64,000 bases of DNA from Takakia lepidozioides (taxonomy: Eukaryota; Plantae; Bryophyta), in contig CM060731.1 in the NCBI GenBank assembly GCA_030704615.1, positions 75,702,001-75,766,000 of the forward strand, read 5' to 3'. The notes beneath the pieces were generated by a model that did no database searches, was not told the DNA's origin, and was given only the letters and a program-made list of their open reading frames with translations. The position numbers and the translations under genes are program-made. Positions 9,400 to 20,483 of the stretch are shown piece by piece (the stretch's first letter is position 1; each line of letters begins with the position of its first letter).

Positions 9400-11758
9400 C
9401 AATGCGGCAATGCCGACCAGCCGAACGGCGACAAAGCAACAACGCGCCTTCTGTACAGGTACATACGCGTTGCCTTTCTTTGATCCGGGCCATTGTAATC
9501 CCTACATTTCCAGGATGTAAGTTGCCTTATGTGGCGCATAAAAATTAGTTGTGAAGCCCCTAGAAAAATGGCGCCGAATTTCCTGTTTCCGGCCATGGGG
9601 CGGATGGCTAAGCCCGGGGGTGGCTGGCACAGTTTGGAAATTCGGCGCCATTTTTCCAGTTCCGGGCCCAGTCAATTCTGGGACTTAGCCATTTTCGGAC
9701 CCTGTACTGGAAAAATGGCGCCATTTTTCCAGTACAGGGTCCGAAAATGTCTAAGTCCCTGGGGCGGATGGCACATATTCTGGAAATTCGGTGCCATTTT
9801 TCCAGTTCCGGGCCCAGTCAGATCTGGGACTTAGCCATTTTCGGACCCTGTACTGGAAAAATGGCGCCATTTTTCCAGTACAGGGTCCGAAAATGGTTAA
9901 GTCCCTGGGGCGGATGGCACATATTTTGGAAATCCGGTGCCATTTTTCCAGTTCCGGGCCCAGTCAGTTCTGGGACTTAGCCATTTTCGGACCCTGTACT
10001 GGAAAAATGGCGGCATTTTTCCAGTAGGGTCCGAAAATGGCTAAGTCCCTGGGGCGGATGGCACATATTCTGGAAATTCGGTGCCATTTTTCCAGTTCCG
10101 GGCCCAGTCAGATCTGGGACTTAACCATTTTCGGACCCTATACTGGAAAAATGGCGCCATTTTTCCAATACAGGGTCCGAAAATGGTTAAGTCCCTGGGG
10201 CGGATGGCACATATTCTGGAAATCCGGCGCCATTTTTCCAGTTCCGGGCCCAGTCAGTTCTGGGACTTAGCCATTTTCGGACCCTGTACTGGAAAAATGG
10301 CGCCATTTTTTCAGTACAGGGTCCGAAAATGGCCAAGTGCCTGGGGCGGATGGCACATATTCTGGAAATCCGGCGCCATTTTTCCAGTTCCGGGCCCAGT
10401 CAGTTCTGGGACTTAGCCATTTTCGGACCCTATACTGGAAAAATGGCGCCATTTTTCCAGTACAGGTCCGAAAATGGCTAAGTCCCTGGGGCGGATGGCA
10501 CATATTCTGGAAATCCGGCGCCATTTTTCCAGTTCCGGGCCCAGTCAGTTCTGGGACTTAGCCATTTTCGGACCCTGTACTAGAAAAATGGCGCCATTTT
10601 TCCAGTACAGGGTCCAAAAATGGCTAAGTCCCTGGGGCGGATGGCACATATTCTGGAAATCCGGCGCCATTTTTCCAGTTCCGGGCTCAGTCAGATCTGG
10701 GACTTAGCCATTTTCGGACCCAGTCTGGAAAAATGGACATGATTCTGTCTGTGTTTTTTCAATGCAGGTACTGTAAGTTCTCCTTGTTGGAGAAAGGTCA
10801 TATGTCCTTCCAGCCGCCATTGTTCCTCGAATGGAGGAACCCTGGAGCTGACTCCATGTACACTGACGTTATCGTGAAGGAGTGGCATCTGGAGCATTTG
10901 CGTGACTGCCCTTGGTATGTGGACCTTCCGCCCGGCTCCCTCGACTCATCCGAGTTCCAATTGAAGCTGGATGCGGAGGCCCGACCAAACCGAGCTCCGC
11001 TGCCTCCGCTGGGTCCAAAGGAGGCGAAAGCGCTTGTCAAGTCCAGGAAAGCGGCAGAGCTTGCTTAGGCAGGTATTCAGGAGAAATTGAATGAGAAGAA
11101 TAAAGGACAAATGAAAAGGACACGGAAACAGGGGAGTAAAGTAACCCCCAAAAAACAGAAAACCACCGGGGCACCAGAGGAGGCGTAGGAGGGGCCCCAA
11201 GGGAGTGACTCCGATGACGATTTTGTGCAAGGTCCTGCGACTGCTGCTGCTACTACCAAGTCACCGGTCGTCCGGGTTCCCACTCAGTTCGGATTGGGAC
11301 TGGCTCTGCCAAGAAGTTGGCATTTGAGGGCGAGCCTACACGGCGGTATTCGGCGGTGACGTTTCCACAAAGGCCAAAGTTAGAATCCCCAACTATCATC
11401 CAATGCGCCAATGAGAGCTTTCTTGATACTCTGGCTGCCAGGGCAAAGAAGGTGGCACACAGCAAGTCTCTGGAGGAGCTGAAGGGGAAAGCCAAGAAGA
11501 GGGCTGCTGCTACAGAGCCTAAAGACACCGCTGGTTTGGAAGCCATGATGGAATTCTTCACGGCTGTGAGCACGGATTGCAAGAGCACTCGGGGGGGGGG
11601 GGGGTTGAGGTGGAGAGAACCTGCGATATGATTCTCCTCAATATTCCAGATGGGGAGCTGTTGGAGGGCCTGGATGGTGTGCCCACCTGGAACAGGTTTA
11701 CGGAGGACTACTGGAGAGCCGGGTTTGGGCTGGCGGGGATGCTCCTGGATGACGGTGG
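9400..11758 (+). pseudogene. Decayed accessory gene, probably of the MULE-like element, split by an intron holding the 146-bp array and cut by an LTR at 11759
   Basis: Donor GTAAGT at 9517 and acceptor TGCAG at 10767 are phase-compatible (..PYISR-M-YCKFSLLEKG..). The reading continues through K-rich and SDSDDDF segments to CDMILLNIPDG..LLDDGG, with stops and frameshifts. Confidence 0.5.
9630..10735. repeat. Tandem array, ~146-bp unit, ~7.5 copies, each with an 80-bp palindrome
   Basis: TACT(G/A)GAAAA at 9705, 9851, 9997, 10141, 10287, 10433 and 10578. The consensus GGGACTTAGCCATTTTCGGACCCTGTACTGGAAAAATGGC|GCCATTTTTCCAGTACAGGGTCCGAAAATGGCTAAGTCCC is its own reverse complement. Confidence 0.95.
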
Positions 11759-12557
11759 TGTCACCCGGCTTTTACTCACCCATCCCTTCGCTATCCGAGG
11801 GGGAAACTCCAAGATAGAAGAGTTGGATATCTCTAAGCATTCAGCCCGCGTGAAACAATCAGTCATGACCTGCAGCTAGTGAATCATTGTTGGTTTTCCA
11901 ATTACATTCCTTATCAGTTTATATTCCCTGTTTATCTTGACCAGGTATCTTTTTAAGCGTCAGATTGCTTCTTTGGGCCCCCCTGATTTCATTCATACAC
12001 AACTTCACTCAAGTCTCTCAACACAAGGTGTTTGTATCGGATGAGAATCAGATTAATCATAATCGGATACATGCTGATGTCCTAACTTCTCTAATCTATC
12101 CCTCTAAGTAATCCTACATTTCGTACTAACTCTGTCCTATAGTATCTCCTTCCTCCTCGCCAGCTTCCCTTCCTCCGATCTCAGTCCGCCCTCAGGAGTG
12201 ATCTCCGTCCCAAAAGTCCCCCATCCCGTCTCCGCTACCCGCTTTATCTCCTTACCCGCTGTTCTAACCGTTTTCCTTCACTAACCGTCCTCCGTGAATT
12301 ACATGTTCCCCGACAAATGTTGTTCCCCACAGTCGTTCCCTGTCATGATAACCGTTCCCTACGACTGTGACAGCTGTGTCAGACCGTGACGGCTGTATCG
12401 GGCTGTGTCGGGCTGTGACTGGCTGTGACGGGCTGTGTATGGCTGTGACGGTCTATCTCAAAAAATTAAGGGTACCCCTCAGAACCCATAGAAGTGTCTA
12501 AGTCCCAGACTCCACAGAACCCATAAAAATGCCTAAGTCCCAGACTGCCTCCTAACA
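11759..12557 (-). repeat. 3' LTR (799 bp) of the second gypsy element
   Basis: TG...CA termini (+ strand TGTCA at 11759, TAACA ending 12557) next to the PPT. Internal GGCTGTG short repeats at 12360-12450. Confidence 0.8.
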
Positions 12558-12589
12558 TTACCCCTTCCCCTCTCAAAAAGCCGTGTCCT

Positions 12590-15500
12590 CACAGTTTACT
12601 GCTTAGGATCAGTAAATCTTTGTGAACGTGGTCCTGTCTGTTTGTGAGAGTGCCTTGGAGGGCTCTCTGTACGTGCCCGAGTTCTATGACTGCTTGCTGG
12701 AGATGCTTGAGCTGTACTTGAACCTGATTTGTTGCCCTTTGACTGAACCGGCTGTAATGGCTCTGGTGTGGGAGATCCCCGTCGTTTCTTGTCGTGCAGT
12801 GCTTGATCATATTCCTCCCATATGTCAAGAGTTTGTTCTGAAGATTCAACTGTTGTGTCCGAATCTGTTTCAGTCCTGCAGTTTTTTGGTTTTCTTGCTT
12901 TTCTTGGTTTCTCTGGAATGAAAATTGGCACAGTGTGGCCCCACCATGTCAGGAACCTTAAGCTTCACAACGTTGTGTAACCTGTTGAAAGCAAGTTTAT
13001 TGAACTTCAACAATTCCTTCTCAGTATAGGTGAGAGGTGTGCCAGTAACTTTGGAGCAGTATAGGTATTGCCAAGCTGCCTGCTCCTTATTAAAAATGTC
13101 GTCAATATGCCGTTTTTCGTTGCTCAAGTTGTTCCAGGCCATGTTAAACCATGAACGGAGTTGTAAATCCCTCTGTAACATGATTTTCACATCATATAAA
13201 TACGTATGATGCGGCACCACCGGTAAGGTCCAATGATCTGTAGTGGAATAAGTCCGAAATCTGGACTGCATCTTCTGCTGCTCAATGTGGTAACGTGCAA
13301 TGAAACAAGTAGTATAATAAATTCCACAGCCCATGACCAAACTCGCTACTTCCTTTGTTTTGGTGTGAATGTGCCCATGAACAACCTGGAAAGCAATTAA
13401 CTCCTTCAACATGGTGCCTGCCTCAGACCAGTACCTTGAAAAATGATGATCCTCAATGAGCTGATTCATTGCCAGAATCTTAGTCCGAGTGGCCACTGGC
13501 AACCAAATGCGCATTATTTGGTAGTAGTGCGGTAAAGATTGTGGAGGACCAAATTGATTCCAAGCCAAATCCAAGCTATCTGGAATTTCATTGAAGGGCA
13601 TGATCATTGCTCGGTTGTACTCCCGTGCAGCATGAGTCTTGGGTGGGTTGAAAGCAGCATTTCCCCATGTACAGCCACCTGCTGTGAAACTGGTTCTTTT
13701 GGTGTTTCCACCACTGGCATCCCCTGCACTTCTTGTGAAGAAGACTGGAAAACTAGAGTTCTGGCCCTCAAATACGCCTTCATGAGATGTTCTTCAGGAA
13801 CCATGAGCCTTTGGTCTATGTTTGAACTCAAGTCCTCCACTTGAGTCTGCAGTGTATCCACATCCTCTTGGAGCTCTCCTATTCTACTATAGACATTGTC
13901 TATAGTAGTGGTGGCAATATTCTGCACTTGCAGCCTCAGGTCATTCATCTCCCCCTGGGTGAGCTTTCTCGGTGCTTTCCCTTCCACTGGCCCTTGTGCT
14001 AACCATACTTTTAAAAGTTGGTCATCCACTCTGTCCTGTGTAACACCTCTGAGACTCTGCTCCTCCTTGAGTCTGTAGGCATCTAACTGCTGTTGCAATC
14101 CTTGCATGCGCTTCTCATGAGGTTCAACTAAATTGGCATAAGCTGCAGCCAGATTATTGGCTTCCCTCGCTGCCTTGTTAGCTACAGAGAGTTGATTCCT
14201 ATTCGCCATAAGGGTCTGTTGTAACTCCACAATGTACTTCTCCTGGTTAGCCTCAACCTGTTTGTATTGTTGTAAAGCACCCTCATTGTGACATATTGTA
14301 TCTTTGAGGTCCACAATGAATTTGGCTTGCTCCACTACCTACCTCCGTTTCTGCCCTTACACATCGCTCCCTCTGCTGGTTGGCTTCTGTTGTGGCTTGC
14401 TCTAGAACATTTGTGAGGGTGGCACATTGCACCGTCATCCTTTGATGTACTACCAACTTCTGCATGTTGTTCCTTTAGTCCTTGCATCTCATCCTCATGC
14501 TTGTTCTGCAATTGGAATAATTGCTGCTTGTGTATCTCGTGCAGATGGTCTTGCTCCAGACCCCCCTCAATCAGTTGCTGCTTAGCAATTTGCAGAGCAT
14601 CCTTTGTTTCCCTCAACTCCTGTTGCAACTGCAGATGCACTTCCATCTCAACTTTGTTAACACACTCGGTTGCCAACCGATTTTCGAACTCTCTTCTGAG
14701 TTCCTCCTTCAGAACTTCCAACTGAGTCACTGGAACATGTGACTTCATGTAAGTTCCCAACAAATTGAGGGTTCGGCTTATGGAGTTCATCAGCATAGCC
14801 TGTTGAGGCCCATCATGGTTAACATGCTGCTGTTCACCCCCCTCATCCATAGGATGATGCCTCACAAACCACTCAGGCCACTGCTCCACCAGATCCTCCT
14901 TCTCAACTTCCTCATTTCTCCCAGATGCTGCTGTGTCCTGATGTTCCTCTTCTGGAACTTGTGGCGCTGGTGGGGGTATTACCTGCACATCAGGAAGTTC
15001 ACTAGACAGATTTTGGACCTCTGGCTCCACTCTCTCTCTGAGAAAACTAGAGTCTTCATAGAGAAGATCACCTCTCTCAATCTCTGCCACCACTTGCTCT
15101 GTAGTTGGAATATCTAACCCTTATGTTTCCAAATCTATTATTTGTGGAGGAAACCGCATGGACCACTTGTGGTAACTCTCTGGCAAGCCGTTCACCTGGC
15201 TGTGATGGCTGTGATACTGAATTGACTTCCTGTTCCCTCTCCACAGGTTGTGCTGTTTGTAACCCTTGATCTCTGTGCTGCTGTATCCTCTCTTGCACAA
15301 GAGCTTGAGTAACTTCTTCCTCCGGCTGCCTTGTAGCCAATGGTTCGGCTTCCAACGTGATCCCTTTCCTCTGTCTTTTGGGCTGTTGATGCTCTGCCAA
15401 TCCCCTTCACCCTGTGAAGAACCTTGCTCTTCTATGGTAGTGGTTGTTATTTCAAACACTCCCATTTCCTTCCTTTCTCTCGCATCAAGTACGCATGAGT

Positions 15501-16725
15501 CTAGGATGATTTGTGCAATGACTGGCCCAGATACTATGATAGGAGATTTAGCGGCAGTTCCCTGCAATCTTTTCATCTCCTCTACCTGTCCGTTGTACAT
15601 GATGTTCTCCCATGCTACCTCTTCTCCTCTCAGGCCTTTGAGTATTTCCTCTGTGAAGGATCTGCTCAAATACTGCTGGTTCTGTTTCATGGCAAACAGA
15701 ACGTTCAATATCTAGCCTACTTCCCTGAGCCCTGGGTACACCGCTTTGGTACAAGCATAGCCTTGAGTTTTAAAGAAACTCCCTTCTTCAAACAAATCTT
15801 TCATCTGCAATCTAGCCCTGTGCTCGTCCACATGAACCTGACCTGCTGGCAATGAAAACAGTTGCTGTAGGTATAAGGGAGTAAGTTCTAATTCAACTCC
15901 CTTCACCGTTGTGGCTCCTGTCTTTGGGTCAAAGTTCTGCAAGAATTCTAACATGTACTTCCGATGGTGCAATGTCCAATCCTTGTTTTGCAATCCTTCT
16001 AATCGCAGTTCCTTCAGTAACTTCACCGCGTATGGCGTTGCAATCGTCTATTTCTGCAGGATTGTGGTGCTTTTCACCTTGATGTCCTCCATCCCTCTTA
16101 CTCTCTTCATTTTAGAGAACCCGTAAGGCTGTGGCTGTAACAACTGAAGTAATGCCTGCAGAGCACAAAGCACAAACGTATGATTGCCACAAAATGCTAT
16201 GGGTAGTGTCCTGTAAACCTGCGGGGCTTGCATGCATTGATCAAGAGAAAAGTTACTCTCCGTTGTTCTGTTTCCTCGCCACTGCGTGAGTAGTATCGCG
16301 AGCGTATAATCCGCTAGTTCCCTCATAGCTTCAAAACTATCGCATTGATTGTCTGTCCCGTCGAGACGCCCATTACTTGGAACGACGCCGACTCTTGCGC
16401 TCAGAACCTTTTCACTTTCTTGAAGTTGCTCCTGCTTCATGATTGGCTGTAACCGCTGTGACTGGATTTTAAAATTAATTTTCTTTAGTGGATTTTCCCT
16501 GCTGGCCTGTCCACTAGGATAACACACGTGACAAGAAATTCGTTTTTCTGTACTCGCCGTATGTTCCGTTACCCTTCTTGCGTATGCATTAATGGGCCCG
16601 CCATCCATCCTCTTTGACGTAGTAGGTAGGTACTTTGACGGCCACTCCTGTCCTTTTTCTTGATGACACTTGTTCTTGCAGCTCCTTCTCAGCTGTGCGT
16701 CACGGCTTGACTTCCATGCGTCCAC
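12590..16725 (-). pseudogene. Extra sense-strand ORF(s) between integrase and 3' LTR (Athila-accessory-like N-terminus, long coiled coil, unknown C-terminal domain)
   Basis: Chain of abutting ORFs (16048-16725, 15712-16026, 15121-15708, 15077-15400, 14335-15093, 13604-14335, 12870-13607) broken by single stops or frameshifts. Contains LEFLQNFDP..VKGVELELTPLYLQQLFSLP and Q/E/L heptad-rich segments. Confidence 0.65.
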
Positions 16726-17683
16726 TTTTTAACTGTCTTCCGCCCTTTCTTCCGCCGGCCATTTCCCTGATGTTATCCTTTGTCCACCTGTCACTAATCC
16801 TATGGACTGTGTAATTCTGATTGGCTGTGTGAGGCTATGACAGGCTGTGCCGCCCTGTGCTAGGCTGTGCGCGACTGTGTGACACTGTGTTGGGATGTGA
16901 TAGGCTGTGTGACCCTGTGTTGGGCTGTGATAGGCTGTGTGACCCTCTGTGATAGCTATTTAAACATCTGTGTTTTCCGCTCCTCACCGGTTTAACGACA
17001 AGTATTCTATGCTCCGTTGGTGTTACTGGAACAACCTGTATTTGCTCCTGTGGTTCTATATGCAAATCGTGCCTTAATGGCTTGTCATGGATACCACTGT
17101 ATCCTTTGAACTTGTTGGCATTGACCATGCCCAGCATTTCTTTGTTAATGGTTTGTAACATGGCCGTGTTGTTATCATACATCTTTTGTATGACATAAGG
17201 TCCTTTCCATGGCGATTTAAGCTTAGAAGCCTTAATCTTTCCCTTCTTCTGCAACCACAAAACCAAATCTCCTGTTTTGAAAGTCTTCATCTTCCCTTCA
17301 TCAAACTGATCCTTCCTTTTCATCTGTATTCTCGTCATGTTGTCAGCTGCATCAGCTCGTACTTCCTCCATATGGTATAATTCATGTTTCCTGACCTTAA
17401 TTGAATCTTCCAATTCCATTCTTCTTCCCCATTCAGTTCTCATAGTAGGTAATAAAAACTCCACTGGAAGTAAAGCTTCCATACCATAAACTAATTGGAA
17501 TGGTGTATACTTAGTGGTGACTTTATATGAAGTCCTGTATGACCACAAAGCTGTCAGTAGCTTTGTATCCCAGTCTGTTCTGTTTGCATTGACTATTTTA
17601 GCCAAGATGGTACATAGTATTTTGTTGGTAGCCTCTGCCTGTCCATTACCTTGTGGGTAATAGGTTGTACTTTTCCTATGCAC

Positions 17684-19260
17684 ATCGCATCATGGCCCAC
17701 TTTCCTCCAACCTGACTGTCAAAGTCGTTGGACCGTAAAATGTTACCATCTTTGGAGAACTCCCCGAAAAAACAGTATCTCCAGGTGAGACCTCTCCACT
17801 TCCTTATGTATGCCTCTAAAGACATTTGGGGAGGGGAAACAATCGAAATGTTCAGGTCCTTCAAAGTCTGTTCCAGCACAATGACGGCGCGCTTTTCGAG
17901 CTGCAAATTGTATATTTGTCAGTATTGCAAATAAGGTACTCATCACATAATTGAAGAAAAGAAAACGGCTTATTTGAATACACACCTGACTCCAAAATGT
18001 AGCCTTGTGGAGCCAGTTATCAAACACCAAATCACTGATTCCTTCCACCTTTGTGCCAGGCTGTATGGTGCTCTTTGGGAACTGAATCAAGTCCTTTACT
18101 GTCTGATCTGAGTTCCATATCTTCAGCCACCTTATTTTTGTTTGTGGGTCGACCATGGATATGGCCAACCGGTGCAATTTCTCCTACTGCATCTCCGGAT
18201 GCACATGCTTGTCATAGTGAGATTTGATCTACTAAAGGAACTCAGAACCAAGTCCAGGATCTACTATTCTAAGCTGCTTTCCGAAGGCGGACATCAATTT
18301 GGTTCTTCGCATTTCAAACTCCTTCTTTATTGCTGTTTCCACACCCTTTGATGTCCTTAGTTCCTCTGGTGTAGTGTGGTAATATTCGGATTTTCCCTTC
18401 TCAGCTGCCTCTGCCAGTTCTTGCTGCATTGATTCAAATAGTGATTAGCACCGAAGGGACTACAAATATGTATTCGAAAAGTAAACTGAGTACAGACTCG
18501 GGCTTACCGCATACATGTACTCCAGAAATGCCTCTCGAGTCAAAGAATACCAAGTGCCTGCAGCTCTTCCTGTTTCGCACTTCTTGATTATATTGGGTGG
18601 GAGTATTGTCCGAAAATCATCCAGCTGCATCAGACCAATCCTCTGAATTCGAAATAGTGTGTGGACCAAGCTTGTTGTCACATGCGATTTCTCTGTCGAT
18701 CTGCAAAAAATATGCAAACATTGCACTCCTTAACTCTGTTTTTTGAGGATTAACAAGACACTACAGAGGGAATGAAATCTCTAGGATGACTTACTTGTTA
18801 ACGTCGTGCATAGCTGTAAGAAGCCTAGCGATGTCGTTTCCAGGATCCAAAACCATTGCCTCCACAGCAACATGCTTGTCTTTGTCTTTTGCATGGTGTT
18901 TCTGGATGTATCCCATCCATGCCAGCACAGATGGATGTCCAGACGCCCTCCAGATACGAGCATGTCCCTTATAACCTCCTGGGAGTTTACCTTCTGGAAT
19001 GACATGAGTTCTTTCACCTTGTCAAGGTAGTGCACTTCAGATTCATCTGCTTCATCTGTATTCTCTGAGCTTTTTCCAGACTCCTCCCCATCTCCAGATC
19101 CTTTCCCCTCTGATCCTGTAGGCTTGGACCTCACAGTTTTCTGCACGATGCCATTCAAATCTGACTGAGTAATTTGCAAATAGTGAACGGCGGTAACGAC
19201 CATCACTCTGTCTCGAAGAAACTCACAAGGAATGGTGTGAAACAAATTCAGAACCATCTA
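17684..19260 (-). pseudogene. Intron-containing gene fragment of unknown product, probably TE-borne
   Basis: Protein-like frames joined by plausible splice sites (minus-strand donors near 18794, 18508 and 17985; acceptors near 18701 and 17901): ..AWMGYIQKHH..VLDPGNDIARLLTAMHDVN / STEKSHVTTSLVHTLFRIQ / ..KATFWSQ / LEKRAVIV..WRYCFF. It abuts the broken integrase. Confidence 0.45.
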
Positions 19261-20483
19261 CACAAGCAAAGCTGATCATGCCAAATTCAAAACAAAAACG
19301 AGAGCGATAGTGAACGGCGTTAACGACAATCACAAAAGATAAGGACCTGCCGGATCGGTGTTCTGTAATGACATATATGTGTAAGTGATTGGCGGCAACG
19401 ACATTCAGTATAGTTTAGGGCGGACAATAAGTGCAGATTATTCAGATTGACTCCATTGTGATTACCGTTGCAAGCATTCACGGTTTCCTGTCTATGTCGA
19501 GAGTACTTTCCAATCCATACTCTACCTAAATCGAATGGCGTTAACGACGCTCGCAATTCAGCAGACTTCAATCACATGTTCATGCTTAAGAAGGGAAGAG
19601 GAAGGACTGCTTGAAAGACAATCAGACAGACTGTTTGATCTGAACAACGGTGATTGACGGTACCGTCAGTCACCCACTCATTGTGCGGTAAACCCTTAAC
19701 AGAGGAGTAGAAATCAAATCACCATTGTTTCGTGATGATGGTCGGTAGCGACAATCCCTTTCTGGGACATTGAACTCAATCTCTATGCAGATCTTCAACA
19801 ATGAAATGTAAGTTACAAAAAACTTACTGGCGCCTTCTTAGGTTTTGAAATTGGATCCCCTTCTGCAGCTTTCCTCTTCCCTCTCACATGGGTAGCATCA
19901 ACTATGCAATGTGGTATGTGGACAACCATGATTTGAAATGTGTAATTCACATCTTCGTCGGCGGTGCAATGATATGGCCTCCAACTATACGGAGTGAGCT
20001 CTAAGTGGCAACTTTTAAAAGCACATTTGTCATTGCACTGTTCGAAGTCTACATGTCTTGCTGTCGCTATGCACTACAATCATCTTTTGAAGATGATCCT
20101 AACTCTCATTGTTATTTGAGGAGGGAGGAAGGTCTTCCCGTGGCAGCCTTTATGGCGCACACTTTGTGAGGATATTTTCTCGTCCTCGTAATTGTAAAAG
20201 TGAAACAAGCATTTGTAATTGCACAATGTTGGATGCTACAATTGTAGGCCTCATGGTAGTCTTGATTCTATTTAGGCAAGATTCCCTGCATTAATTCCAC
20301 GGTCATAGGACCATCCTCGGTTATAGGCGGCGCATGTCAATGCTGACGTGGCAGATGACGGACAATGCCACGTCATCATTTGTCGCCACATCAGCATGCT
20401 GACATGACGCTCACGCCCCGTCACTCCTGCGTGAGCGTACGCTCGCGCAACGCTCACGCGCAACGCTCACGCCATTGCGTCGT

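Larger units (their letters stand above)
11759..17683 (-). mobile_element. Ty3/gypsy retrotransposon 3' half: integrase C-terminal part, ~4 kb of extra ORFs, PPT and 3' LTR
   Basis: Integrase HRKSTTYYPQGNGQAEATNK...WSYRTSYK..TPFQLVYG...KLKSPWKGPY (16835-17683). Minus-strand PPT GAGAGGGGAAGGGG (12561-12574). LTR TGTTA...TGACA. Confidence 0.88.

Noticed and set aside
7849-10707. Repetitive ORFs on both strands (32-aa repeats and similar)
   Set aside because: They are by-products of the 96-, 53- and 146-bp DNA repeats. Conservation is at the level of the DNA palindrome.
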